From the NCBI GenBank assembly GCA_002269645.1, contig NIVC01003440.1, positions 1 through 29,609 of the forward strand: a stretch of 29,609 nucleotides of DNA. The letters run 5' to 3'. Under the pieces are notes generated by a model. That model ran no database searches, was not told where the DNA came from, and was given only the letters and a program-made list of their open reading frames with translations. Numbering within the stretch: position 1 is the first letter of the stretch; the number at the start of each line of letters is the position of its first letter. Positions 8,461 to 19,528 of the stretch are shown in pieces. The stretch comes from Macrostomum lignano (Eukaryota). The position numbers and the translations under genes were made by a program.

Positions 8461-8759
8461 TAAAGCGGGTCGTAGCCGAGTGGTTAGAGCGTCGGAGTCA
8501 CGACTTGAAGGTCGAGGGTTCGATTCCCGATTCCATTGGAACAATTTGTGTCTTTGAGTAAGACGCTAAATTCTGCATTGTCAGTTCCCCCAGCTGTAAA
8601 ATGGGTGCCAGCATTAGCTGGGGTAATTGAGGGTGTGTAGCGACCCCTCAGTCCATGGACTGAACAGCCGTACTCAGCTTTCAGATGCGCCGCGCGGCTG
8701 AGCTGTCGGTTGCGCATCTGGTCCCATTGGGGCAGGTGAAATCAATTATTATTATTATA
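8461..8759 (+). mobile_element. tRNA-derived SINE with Nin/Deu-like central domain and (ATT)n tail
   Basis: A box TAGCCGAGTGG 8473-8483; B box GGTTCGATTCC 8517-8527; central GTCTTTGAGTAAGACGCT...CCCAGCTGTAAAATGGGTGCC; ATT tail; 12-bp flanking direct repeat TCAGCTGTACAG (8449-8460, 8760-8771). A second diverged copy lies at ~15321-15566. The Nin/Deu assignment is from recalled similarity only. Confidence 0.8.
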
Positions 8760-8771
8760 TCAGCTGTACAG

Positions 8772-9462
8772 ACAGACAGTAATACAGTCAGTACTGACAG
8801 CAATGACAGCATTGACAGACAGTACTGATAGCTATGACAGACAGTACTGATAGCAATGACAGACAGTACTGATAGCTATGACAGACAGTACTGATAGCAA
8901 TGACAGACAGTACTGATAGCTATGACAGACAGTACTGATAGCAATGACAGACAGTACTGATAGCTATGACAGACAGTACTGATAGCTATGACAGACAGTA
9001 CTGACAGCAATGACAGACAGTACTGACAGCAATGACAGACAATACTGACAGCTATGACAGACAGTACTGATAGCTATGACAGACAGTACTGATAGCTATG
9101 ACAGACAGTACTGAAAGCAATGACAGACAGTACTGATAGCTATGACAGACAGTACTGATAGCAACGACAGACAGTACTGATAGCTATGACAGACAGTACT
9201 GATAGCTATGACAGACAGTACTGACAGTAATGACAGACAGTACCGACAGTAATGACAGACAGTACTGACAGCAACGACAGACAGTACTGACAGCAACGAC
9301 AGACAGTACTGACAGCAACGACAGACAGTACTGACAGTAATAACAGACAGTACTGACAGTATTGACAGACAGTACTGATAGCTATGACAGACAGTACTGA
9401 CAGCAACGACAGACAGTACTGACAGTAATAACAGACAGTACTGATAGCTATGACAGACAGTA
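8772..9462. repeat. 22-bp minisatellite (GACAGACAGTACTGATAGCTAT)
   Basis: Tandem units with period 22 and an internal palindrome CAGTACTG. Confidence 0.95.
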
Positions 9463-9955
9463 TAGTGGACTTTTAACCTTCTCGCGTGATCCGTCTTCCA
9501 CTGCACCGAGTATTCCGGGTAGGCACATCGCGCTCCCCCCCCCGTGAGGGAGCCAAGTTCTCAAGTTATCAGAGCGGATGCTGAGTAGGAGAGCTCTGGC
9601 GAATAATTTATGAGATCGGGTATTTGCGCCGCCAGGTGAGGCTGAGATCTCTACAGGCTCATCGGTAATGTTTGCTCAAGCAAAACCACTTTAGCAGCGA
9701 GCTGCCCCATCGTAAAAAATGAGTTCAGACGCTACATTCGAACTCAAGCAGTCCTCGATGGGGCGCCTCAGCTGCCGTCCCAGATGCGCATCCGAGTCTA
9801 AATTTGTGTTCAGTTGATTTACGACTAACATCCTTGAGGCTGATCGCTTTTGAGTGAATTCATCCTGGATCTGAGCGAGAGATGGCCTGATCGCACAAAC
9901 TCGCCTTGTTTGATGCACCTGGGATGCTTTGTTGATATTCGCACAGTGATCAGTG

Positions 9956-10957
9956 AAGAGTGCAGATCATGTGGCTCAAGGCTCAGACTGTGCGTGCAGA
10001 TCATGTGGCTCAAGACTCAGACTGTGTGTGCAGATCATGTGGCTCAAGACTCAGACTGTGTGTGCAGATCATGTGACTCAAGGCTCAGCTGTGTGTGCAG
10101 ATCATGTGACTCAAGGCTCAGCTGTGTGTGCAGATCATGTGGCTCAAGACTCAGACTGTGTGTGCAGAGCATGTGACTCAAGACTCAGACTGTGCGTGCA
10201 GATCATGTGATTAAGACTGTGCGTGCAGATCATGTGGCTCAAGACTCAGACTGTGTGTGCAGAGCATGTGACTCAAGACTCAGACTGTGCGTGCAGATCA
10301 TGTGATTAAGACTGTGCGTGCAGATCATGTGACTCAAGGCTCAGACTGTGTGTGCAGATCATGTGACTCAAGGCTCAGACTGTGTGTGCAGATCATGTGA
10401 CTCAAGGCTCATGCTGTGCATTCAGCGCAGGTGACTCAAGGCTCATGCTGTGCATTCAGCGCAGGTGACTCAAGGCTCATGCTGTGCATTCAGCGCAGGT
10501 GACTCAAGGCTCATGCTGTGCATTCAGCGCAGGTGACTCAAGGCTCATGCTGTGCATTCAGCGCAGGTGACTCAAGGCTCATGCTGTGCATTCAGCGCAG
10601 GTGACTCAAGGCTCATGCTGTGCATTCAGCGCAGGTGACTCAAGGCTCATGCTGTGCATTCAGCGCAGGTGACTCAAGGCTCATGCTGTGCATTCAGCGC
10701 AGGTGACTCAAGGCTCATGCTGTGCATTCAGCGCACGGGACTCAAGGCTCATGCTGTGCATTCAGCGCAGGTGACTCAAGGCTCATGCTGTGCATTCAGC
10801 GCAGGTGACTCAAGGCTCATGCTGTGCATTCAGCGCACGGGACTCAAGGCTCATGCTGTGCATTCAGCGCAGGTGACTCAAGGCTCATGCTGTGCATTCA
10901 GCGCAGGTGACTCAAGGCTCATGCTGTGCATTCAGCGCAGGTGACTCAAGGCTCAGG
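9956..10957. repeat. Bipartite 34-bp minisatellite
   Basis: 9956-10398 unit GTGCAGATCATGTG(G/A)CTCAAGGCTCAGACTGTG(C/T); 10399-10957 unit GACTCAAGGCTCATGCTGTGCATTCAGCGCAGGT. Both have period ~34. Confidence 0.95.
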
Positions 10958-11487
10958 CTACACCTGTATACTAGGTGACACAATCGGCCAGGTTCAGCTC
11001 GCTCAAAAAGGCTTTTGTAAGTACGGGCGTACTTGGATTCAAGAGCACTCTATTCTGGCTAAACTCACTCAGCTGATGAAAACAACCTCAACTGTCTGAA
11101 ATTACTAAGCCAAGAAAACAAAAGGCGTGGAGGCTCTTTTCTATCGCAAGCAACGGCAGCTCTTACCTGTAAATTTCAAGTCTAAAAATAAAAGGAAAAG
11201 CAAGTAAGGCAGTGCGCTACACACGCCTGCAGTGCAGTGTGTGCCCGCATTCACCCGCTGCCACCCCCTCATTGTGCGCCGGGCCAGCCCATTGGGAAAC
11301 TGCAATAATAAGCAGGGCTGGGCTGTACAACTCAGAGAACACACTCTGATGACCTCATTACTAAAATAACACTACTTCGCCTGAGGGGAACAGCAGAGAG
11401 ATTGAGACAAGATAAACTGAGCCACTAAGCCTCCACTCACAGCAAAACAGCCCTTCAAACCGCCTGCCCAGCCAACTTTGCCCCAAG

Positions 11488-12283
11488 ATGCTCAATGGCC
11501 ACTCTTCCAGACAGCCGGGCAACGATTATTTTCACGGCGACTCGGCCGTCAGCGAGTTCTCGCTGCACTTGGACTCAACTGAGCCGGCAGCCGCTGCCGC
11601 AGCTGTACTCGTCTTCCGGCCCGGCCAGCAGCTCACCGGCCGAGTCCGCCTGCGGCTGCTGCGTCCGCTGAAGGTGCGCAATCTCGACCTGGTGGTGCGC
11701 GGCTGCGGCCATGTCGGCTGGGGCCTCGGCGGCGGCCATTTCGTTCAAGACGATGAGGTGTACATCAACGACATAGCCGAGCTGGTGGCCACGGGGCCTG
11801 GCGAGGTCGTGACGCTGCAGGCCGGAGAGCACGAGTTCCCCTTCTCCAGCCGCCTGCCGCACCACCTGCCATCGACTTTCACCGGCAGCTGCGGCAGCGT
11901 GGCCTACTCAGCCAAGGCCGTCATGCAGGCCGATGGCGACACAGACGGTCCTTGGAGCGCCGTTGAGGCGTTCAGCGTCGAGAGCCTTCTGGAGCTAGAA
12001 GATCACTCCGAGTTGATGCAGCCCTGTATTGTTGACGCCCGAATGGCGGTTGGCGGCAGCAGGTGCGTGAAGGCCTCCCTGTCGCTGCCGCGGCGGGTGT
12101 ACGCTCCAAGCGAGTACATCAAGATTGACGCCACCGTGAACAACCGGTCGCGGAAGGCCATCAGCCGGCTGTGCGTCGGGCTGATGATGGAGTGTCTGTA
12201 CCAAGCTGGGGGGCAGCAGCAGCACCGGGAGACCCTGCTGGTCACCGACAGGACCGACGAATACCGCATCGGCCACTTGGAGG
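11488..12283 (+). CDS. Arrestin domain-containing protein (alpha-arrestin-like), exon 1
   Basis: Arrestin-N motifs 'VFRPGQQLTGRV', 'LQAGEHEFPFSSRLPHHLPSTFTGSCGSVAYSAKA' and arrestin-C start 'SLSLPRRVYAPSEYIKIDATVNNRS'. Donor G|GTAAT at 12284, phase 1. The ATG at 11488 is plausible, but an upstream exon cannot be excluded. Confidence 0.9.
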
Positions 12284-12289
12284 GTAATC

Positions 12290-12676
12290 GAGTGACTGGA
12301 TGAGCTGGTAGGGGAGTGACTGGTTGAGCTGGTAGGGGAGTGACTGGCTGAGCTGGTAGGGGAGTGACTGGCTGAGCTGGTAGGGGAGTGACTGGCTGAG
12401 CTGGTAGGGGAGTGACTGGCTGAGCTGGTAGGGGAGTGACTGGCTGAGCTGGTAGGGGAGTGATTGGCTGAGCTGGTAGGGGAGTGATTGGCTGAGCTGG
12501 TAGGGGAGTGACTGGCTGAGCTGGTAGGGGAGTGACTGGCTGAGGGCTGAGCTGGTAGGGGAGTGACTGGCTGAGCTGGTAGGGGAGTGACTGGCTGAGC
12601 TGGTAGGGGAGTGACTGGCTGAGCTGGTAGGGGAGTGACTGGCTGAGCTGGTAGGGGAGTGACTGGCAGAGCTGGT
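12290..12676. repeat. 24-bp minisatellite (GAGTGACTGGCTGAGCTGGTAGGG), copy 1
   Basis: Tandem period 24; starts a few nt after the arrestin donor. Confidence 0.95.
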
Positions 12677-13760
12677 TTGGGATCGGACGAGTCTGTTTGA
12701 TTCTATCAAAAATTCTGTAACTACTTTACAATCAACCGCCAGAGATCTGGTAGCCTGTCAGAGAGTGATTGGTTCAGAAGCTGGCAGCTGAGGGAAAAAG
12801 TCACGTTAGGAGATTGGCGATTTGCATGCCGATTCAGCGCAGCTTTCTTTTTTCGCTCTGATGCCTCAGTTGAGTAATTGCTTGTCGCGTGTATTTGGAC
12901 CAGCTAGCAGATCCCGCCCACGTTTTCCACGCAGCAACAAGATGCAGCCGAGCGAATCAGCCTCCCTCATACACTTAATAAGCATCGCCAGTAATTGTTA
13001 TCCCTAGTCTGGCGATGAGGCTGTTGGCGCTGTGAAGCTGCCCCCCCCGTGATGTTTGGGCGCCGCCCCCGCTGTGAAAAGCCCGAATTCTGCTGGCTGC
13101 TGTTCGGTTTTCCCGCTGTCTGGGGACTTCGCCAGCACCGTGAGCTGCTGCTGCTTGCTAATTGCAGCGCGCCTCTTCCCAGAGGTGACGACTTTTTGTC
13201 CCTAAGCGCACACAGGGAGTCCAGGGAAAGCGGCTCCCCTCCTTCCTGTAGCGAAAGCAGCAGCAGCTGGGATCCTGGCTTAGGCCTGAGCGCGGTGTTG
13301 CCAGGGCCTGCTAAAAATTGTCAGCGCTTGTGTCGAGGCAGAAATTCTCCCCACCCCCTTTTAGTCCAGGAAAGATGTTTACTTCCGTCTGACATGATGG
13401 GAATTGTCAGTCTATGCATCCCGGCAGGCCTTGTCTCATCGAGAGCCACTCGTGGCGCAGAAGTTCTCAAGAGATTGGCAGGGAATGAATGAATCGATAT
13501 GAATGGAGACTCCCGTCCCGGATGAGATTCGGGTAGCTAAATCTGAGACTTAATCGCGCGTTCTCTCAAGTCAAAAGCAGCCCGAGTTTCTTGGAGTCAG
13601 TTCTCAGGCAGCAAGGCCTCCACCTGAACTTTGTGGGATTGCAGGCGATTCGCGATCCCTTGAAAACAGATTCCTTCATCATATAGCAACAGCTGTAGGA
13701 ACTGCTCCAAGAAAAGACTTCAAGTCAGGGGTCGGCAAACTCCGGCCCGCGAAGCCTCTC

Positions 13761-14028
13761 AATCCGGCCCTCGGGTCCTTTGAGACTTTAAAATAGCAAT
13801 CCGGCCCTCGGGTCCTTTGAGACTTTAAAATAGCAATCCAGCCCTCGGGTCCTTTGAGACTTTAAAATAGCAATCCGGCCCTCGGGTCCTTTGAGACTTT
13901 AAAATAGCAATCCGGCCCTCGGTCCTTTGAGACTTTAAAATAGCAATCCGGCCCTTGGGTCCTTTGAGACTTTAAAATGGCAATCCGGCCCTCGGGTCCT
14001 TTGAGACTTTAAAATAGCAATCCGGCCC
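13761..14028. repeat. 37-bp minisatellite inside the MITE (AATCCGGCCCTCGGGTCCTTTGAGACTTTAAAATAGC)
   Basis: About 7 tandem units, period 37. Confidence 0.93.
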
Positions 14029-14042
14029 GCTCAAGGTTTATG

Positions 14043-14400
14043 TCTCTTCTCTCCTCTCTCCTCTTTTCCCTCTCCTCTTTTCTCTCCCCTCTCTTCTCTC
14101 TCCACTCTCTTCTCTCCTCTCTCCTCTTTTCCCTCTCCTCTTTTCTCTCCCCTCTCTTCTCTCTCCACTCTCTTCTCTCCTCTCTCCTCTCTTCTCTTTC
14201 CCCTCTCCTCTTTTCTCTCCCTCTCTCTTCCATCTTCTCTCTCTTCTCCCCCTCTCCTCTCCTCTCTTGCTCTCTCTCCTCTTTTCTCTCTCTTCTCTCC
14301 CCTCTCCTCTACTCGTATCTGCTGCATTTTCTCTCATCTAATCTCTCGCTTCTCCTCTCTTCTCTCCTCTCTCATTTTCTACAAGCTCGCATTCCCTCTC
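14043..14400. repeat. CT-rich low-complexity / microsatellite tract
   Basis: Almost exclusively C and T on the + strand. Confidence 0.9.
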
Positions 14401-15037
14401 CTTCTGCTCTCACCTGGCCCGCTGCCATGAGCTGGTTTCTTTATCTGGCCTTGAGGTAAATAAGTTTGCCGAGCCCTGCTCTAAGCCCATTTTCGACCGC
14501 ATTTTTGAGATTCAAAGCACCTCCCGGACACTAATTAGTGACCTTGGGACTTCTGGCCTGTAGGAGGACGGAACCACATGGTTGCCCGCACACTCTTGGC
14601 CTGTAATCCAGTCCGCCTGCCTCTCTCCAGTGTTCTTCATCCAGTGCGAGGTCCTTAACCTCTATCCCTCTCTGCTACCCCACTGCTAACTCTGCCCGTC
14701 CCGTACTTTAAGCAGTATTGAGGCCGTAGACTTGCATGTCCGTAGGGCTGGAAAATGTTCGTTTCTTTGAAAATCTTTCAAGGCAGGCGTTTTATTGGAG
14801 GCAGGTTTTAGAGGCTCATCTTTTATGATGACCTACCCGTTTTATTGATTAATTGACTTTTGCACAGCCTTTTTAGTCTTAGTTTACTGAGTCCTACTCA
14901 GCTAGGTCGTCCTTGATTGAGACCCACTTGCACCACAGCTGACAGGCCGGAGCTCGCCTCTCAACTGCTGGATTAATGCCAGCGTCTCAGATAACTCGTG
15001 GCTTACCGAATTCCATATTCAGTTCTGTTTGCCAACC

Positions 15038-15320
15038 CCACAGGAACACGCGGGACAGTGTCTGGAATCCCCACAAAAACACAAGGGACAGTGTCTGGCA
15101 TTCCCACAGGAACACACGGGACAGTGTCTGGCATTCCCACAGGAACACACGGGACAGTGTCTGGCATTCCCACAGAAACACACGGGACAGTGTCTGGCAT
15201 TCCCACAGGAACACACGGGACAGTGTCTGGCATTCCCACAGAAACACACGGGACAGTGTCTGGCATTCCCACAGGAACACACGGGACAGTGTCTGGCATC
15301 CCCACAGGAACACACGGGAT
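15038..15320. repeat. 33-bp minisatellite (CCCACAGGAACACACGGGACAGTGTCTGGCATT)
   Basis: About 8 tandem units, abutting the 3' end of the minus-strand SINE. Confidence 0.93.
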
Positions 15321-15566
15321 TCCTAATGGGCAGATGTGCAACCGGCAGCTTAGCCGCAGCGATTGCGGGACTGGGGGGGGGTCACCACACACACCCTCAA
15401 TTTCCCCAGCTAATGCTGGCACCCATTTTACAGCTGGGTGAACTGAACTGAGCAACGCAGAGTTGAGTGCCTTACTCAAGAACACAAGTTGTTCGGAGTG
15501 GATCGAGAATCGAACCCCCGACCTTTCAGTCATGAGTCCAACGCTCTGACCGCTAGGCTACAATTG
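15321..15566 (-). mobile_element. Second copy of the tRNA-derived SINE
   Basis: Minus-strand A box TAGCCTAGCGG (15560-15550) and B box GGTTCGATTCT (15516-15506); 35-bp block at 15404-15438 identical (reverse complement) to 8588-8622. Confidence 0.8.
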
Positions 15567-15676
15567 TGCTGATTTTGGGGAAGCGACTATCGAATAGAGA
15601 ATATTCGAATGGCAGAGAAACAATTGAATAATTTTAGCAAGCCAGACCCGGATCTCCCCTGCCCTCCCTCCCCCAG

Positions 15677-16035
15677 CCCGGCGCTGGCACAACGTCCGCC
15701 TGCGGATCCCTCGGCCGGTCCCGCCGTCAGGGCTGCCGCACTGCCGCCTGGCCAGCGTCAGCTACTCGCTGCTGTTCCGCGCCGAGGTCGAGGGCTGCGC
15801 CAAGGACCTCAACCTGCGGGTGCCGCTCGTGGTGGGCGCCAGCCGTGGGAACGCGGAGCCCGAGGAGCCGCAGCCGGCTGCAGATGCTGTCCATCGGCTC
15901 GTCCGGCGCTCCAGCAGCAACTTCCAGCCCATTGGCAGCACGGAGAAGCTGCGACCGAGCTCCGGGTACCTGCTGTTCGACCCCGCTGCTGACGGCGGCG
16001 CTGACGTCCTCCATGCAGCCGACAGCCTCTACTGA
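15677..16035 (+). CDS. Arrestin domain-containing protein, exon 2 (terminal)
   Basis: Pyrimidine-rich acceptor CTCCCTCCCCCAG| at 15676, phase-compatible with exon 1. Translation RRWHNVRLRIPRPVPPSGLPHCRLASVSYSLLF...LNLRVPLVVG is the arrestin-C end motif. Stop TGA 16033-16035; spliced product 384 aa. Confidence 0.9.
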
Positions 16036-16816
16036 TCGGAGCTGACGGGCTCAAGTAGGGTGCCACACCGGAAATCCATGCAGTTTTTGTCGCAGCCGAT
16101 TTCTGATCCAAACTGTCTTAACCATTTTTTTCATTTTTCAGCTTTTTAGGTCAGCTGGTGCAAGTTGGTCTTTCTTTCCAACGTTGATTGACAGTTACTT
16201 AAGGCAGAATATTTATTCTCTATGCAAGCCGCAAGCTGAACAAGCTCAATCTGACTGCCAATCTTTCCAAAATCTGGTTAAGAATAACAGAAATTTAATT
16301 CTCACGAGTCAACCTCAACCATAAGCTGCTCATGCTGTGCTGTAGGCACAGAGTATCAAAAATTACCTGCCGAAAAGTGGCATCGTTCATTCTGCAGTGC
16401 ATCGGTTGTTTTTCTGATCTGCTTTCGCTAGTTTTTGCTATTAATTGTAGGCGATTCATATCTGTATTCCCCCCCAGCTCCCATCATCGTGTGGCTGCGG
16501 GTGCCTCATCACCCTGCTCACTCAAGTGTGCTTGGTTATTATTATTAATGGAAAATATATACAGAGCATGAGCAGAATTTTCCCTTTGCCTGACAATAAA
16601 AGTCTCTATTAATATTCCTGATGGATGAAAAACTGAAGGCAGACACGGCGGCCTGAGTGCCGCTTTGCATCAGCTTGAGTCTGCCGGAAAAACAAAAGCT
16701 TTCAGCCGCTAGGAGGGGAGGTGAGAGACAGAGCGGCGGGGTTTTCTGGGACTCAGACTGGGATTTGAATTGTTAGCTGTGTCTGAGAGATCCCAGATAT
16801 TTGGAAGGCACCACCG

Positions 16817-17301
16817 CTCAGCATGGGGAGAGTGCCATTGCTCAGCATGGGGAGAGTGCCATTGCTCAGCATGGGGAGAGTGCCATTGCTCAACATGGGA
16901 GAGTGCCATTGCTCAGCATGGGGAGAGTGCCATTGCTCAGCATGGGGAGAGTGCCATTGCTCAGCATTGGGAGAGTGCCATTGCTCAGCATGGGGAGAGT
17001 GCCATTGCTCAGCATTGGGAGAGTGCCATTGCTCAGCATGGGGAGAGTGCCATTGCTCAGCATGGGGAGAGTGCCATTGCTCAACATGGGGAGAGTGCCA
17101 TTGCTCACCATGGGGAAAGCACCACCGCTCAGCATTGAGAGAGTGCCATTGCTCAGCATGGGGAGAGTGCCATTGCTCAGCATGGGGAGAGTGCCATTGC
17201 TCAGCATGGGGAGAGTGCCATTGCTCAGCATGGGGAGAGTGCCATTGCTCAGCATGGGGAGAGTGCCATTGCTCAGCATGGGGAGAGTGCCATTGCTCAG
17301 C
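16817..17301. repeat. 24-bp minisatellite (GCTCAGCATGGGGAGAGTGCCATT)
   Basis: About 20 tandem units. Confidence 0.95.
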
Positions 17302-17761
17302 TACAATGTTCCCCTATGGGCCCCCATAGCTGGGGTAAAGACTGCAGTTCTCAAAGTACTTTTATTTTCCGTGAGCGGTTGACCGGGCAACGCCGCCTCC
17401 GCAAGCAGCTCCGCCCTCGCATTGAGAGCCGGGGTGGAGACCCAAAACTCCAGGATGTGTGGGGGCGTGCAGAATGCGGGTTATTTAATTCCTGCTCAGT
17501 GCGGGTCTTCCTCAGCTGGGCTCTCAGTTCTTTTTCTGAAGCTGCTTCAATAGTAAGATTATTTATAGCCGAGTTTCACAAGGCGGATTAAATCAGACAG
17601 AGTTTACCAACACCATAGCCTGAGTTCCGAGCGTCTGCGGGTTTCTTTGAAGCCTTTTAAACGAATGCAATTTAAAGAGAATCTTCAGCCAGGAAAGTGT
17701 AGTAGATTTTGTTCCATGTGCGTTGCTTTTGAGACAAAATTTGAGCTGTCGATGCTTTTGA

Positions 17762-18676
17762 GCTCCGGTAACAGACAGCTCCGGTCACAGACAGCTCCGG
17801 TCACAGACAGCTCCGGTCACAGACAGCTCCGGTCACAGACAGCTCCGGTCACAGACAGCTCCGGTCACAGACAGCTCCGGTCACAGACAGCTCCGGTCAC
17901 AGACAGCTCCGGTCACAGACAGCTCCGGTCACAGACAGCTCCGGTCACAGACAGCTCCGGTCACAGACAGCTCCGGTCACAGACAGCTCCGGTCACAGAC
18001 AGCTCCGGTCACAGACAGCTCCGGTCACAGACAGCTCCGGTCACAGACAGCTCCGGTCACAGACAGCTCCGGTCACAGACAGCTCCGGTCACAGACAGCT
18101 CCGGTCACAGACAGCTCCGGTCACAGACAGCTCCGGTCACAGACAGCTCCGGTCACAGACAGCTCCGGTCACAGACAGCTCCGGTCACAGACAGCTCCGG
18201 TCACAGACAGCTCCGGTCACAGACAGCTCCGGTCACAGACAGCTCCGGTCACAGACAGCTCCGGTCACAGACAGCTCCGGTCACAGACAGCTCCGGTCAC
18301 AGACAGCTCCGGTCACAGACAGCTCCGGTCACAGACAGCTCCGGTCACAGACAGCTCCGGTCTCAGACAGCTCCGGTCACAGACAGCTCCGATCACAGAC
18401 AGCTCCGGTCACAGACAGCTCCGGTCACAGACAGCTCCGGTCACAGACAGCTCCGGTCACAGACAGCTCCGGTCACAGACAGCTCCGGTCACAGACAGCT
18501 CCGGTCACAGACAGCTCCGGTCACAGACAGCTCCGGTCACAGACAGCTCCGGTCACAGACAGCTCCGGTCACAGACAGCTCCGGTCACAGACAGCTCCGG
18601 TCACAGACAGCTCCGGTCTCAGACAGCTCCGGTCACAGACAGCTCCGATCACAGACAGCTCCGGTCACAGACAGCT
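17762..18676. repeat. 16-bp minisatellite (GACAGCTCCGGTCACA)
   Basis: Highly homogeneous array of over 50 units. Confidence 0.97.
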
Positions 18677-19373
18677 TCCGCTCAAGCTGCAGGTCGTTCA
18701 AGCAATTCCTAAAGTACAAAAGGACCTCCCTTGAGTTTGGTGAGAGAGTATTCCGGCCACATGGGAGCTCTTTTGATGAAGGCATTCAGGATGATTTTGC
18801 GTTCGCCAGTGAGTCGATCGATAGGCCCTGAACAAAGAGAAAGCTAAGAAGCCGAAAGCCAGTGATGATCGGGTCAGGCGGTTGCCGAGTTCGCAAAACC
18901 CGGAACGCTCAGCTGATCGATTCGGCAGCGAGGGCGGGAAGAAATGCGAGCTCCCGCCGTTTCCTGGCGTTTGCTTTCGAGTTGGCAGCTGGGGGCAGGC
19001 TGAGTAAAGGGGCAGTGGGTGAAGGGTGGGGGGCAGCCAAGCAAGCCAGCAAGCCAAGCTGCAACGGGTTTCCTCCGCAGCTAATGTCAGACAGTTAATG
19101 CGTTGGCTAAGGACTGCCTCTCGAATTGCCCGTATAATTTAATCAACAAAAGTTAATCAGAGTTGCGGAGGAGGCAGGCAGCCGGGGCGGGGCGGGTGAG
19201 TGCAGAGTATGAAAATAACACGGCGGACAGGGCAGAGAGTGCTGACAACAGCTAATATTGCATGTACAGAGCCGGCTGCGCCTCAGCTCTCTCTGCTGCA
19301 CCCTGGCGCGGCTCAGGCCCAAGTGCTGCAGGGTTGGCACCCAGCTAAACTCGGTGGGTGAGCGGCGACACCG

Positions 19374-19508
19374 TCAGTTCTCCAGAAAGCCGGCCTCCAT
19401 CTCTCCCAGGATGTAATGGATGGTCTTGGCGTAGATCTCGGCGATGCTGTCGTTGTACCGGTCCTCCAGGGTCAGCTTCACGGCCTCCAGGAACGGCTGC
19501 TCCATCGC
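19374..19508 (-). CDS. Globin exon 3 (G7 to end)
   Basis: Acceptor CCTTCCCAACCGCAG| then AMEQPFLEAVKLTLEDRYNDSIAEIYAKTIHYILGEMEAGFLEN*; phase 0; G/H helix pattern. Confidence 0.9.
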   Translation of the reverse strand, partial: AMEQPFLEAVKLTLEDRYNDSIAEIYAKTIHYILGEMEAGFLEN

Positions 19509-19528
19509 CTGCGGTTGGGAAGGAGCGT

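Larger units (their letters stand above)
13726..14478. mobile_element. Non-autonomous hAT (Charlie-like) DNA transposon / MITE
   Basis: TIRs CAGGGGTCGGCAAAC (13726-13740) and GTTTGCCGAGCCCTG (14464-14478) match at 14/15. The 8-bp flanks CTTCAAGT / CTCTAAGC match at 5/8 (degenerate TSD). The subterminal GGCCCGCG...AATCCGGCCC is typical of Charlie-type MITEs (recalled). Confidence 0.75.

Noticed and set aside
8466-8535. Functional tRNA gene
   Set aside because: A and B boxes are present, but the anticodon and acceptor stems pair poorly and the sequence continues into a SINE body with a tail and TSD.
9691-9918. 75-aa minus-strand ORF between two minisatellites
   Set aside because: No recognisable motif and no convincing splice partners.
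13049-13492. 147-aa ORF in the arrestin intron, and similar 60-165-aa ORFs at 20382-20977, 21717-22219 and 24978-25512
   Set aside because: Low-complexity GC-rich chance ORFs without domain similarity; the arrestin and globin exons join in phase without them.
17647-18831. Long repetitive ORFs (394 aa here; also 19345-20433, 22777-23820, 22867-24393, 16801-17382, 14976-15533, 25578-26613)
   Set aside because: These are open frames produced by stop-free minisatellite units, open in several frames and both strands. Only the globin exon segments within such ORFs are credible.
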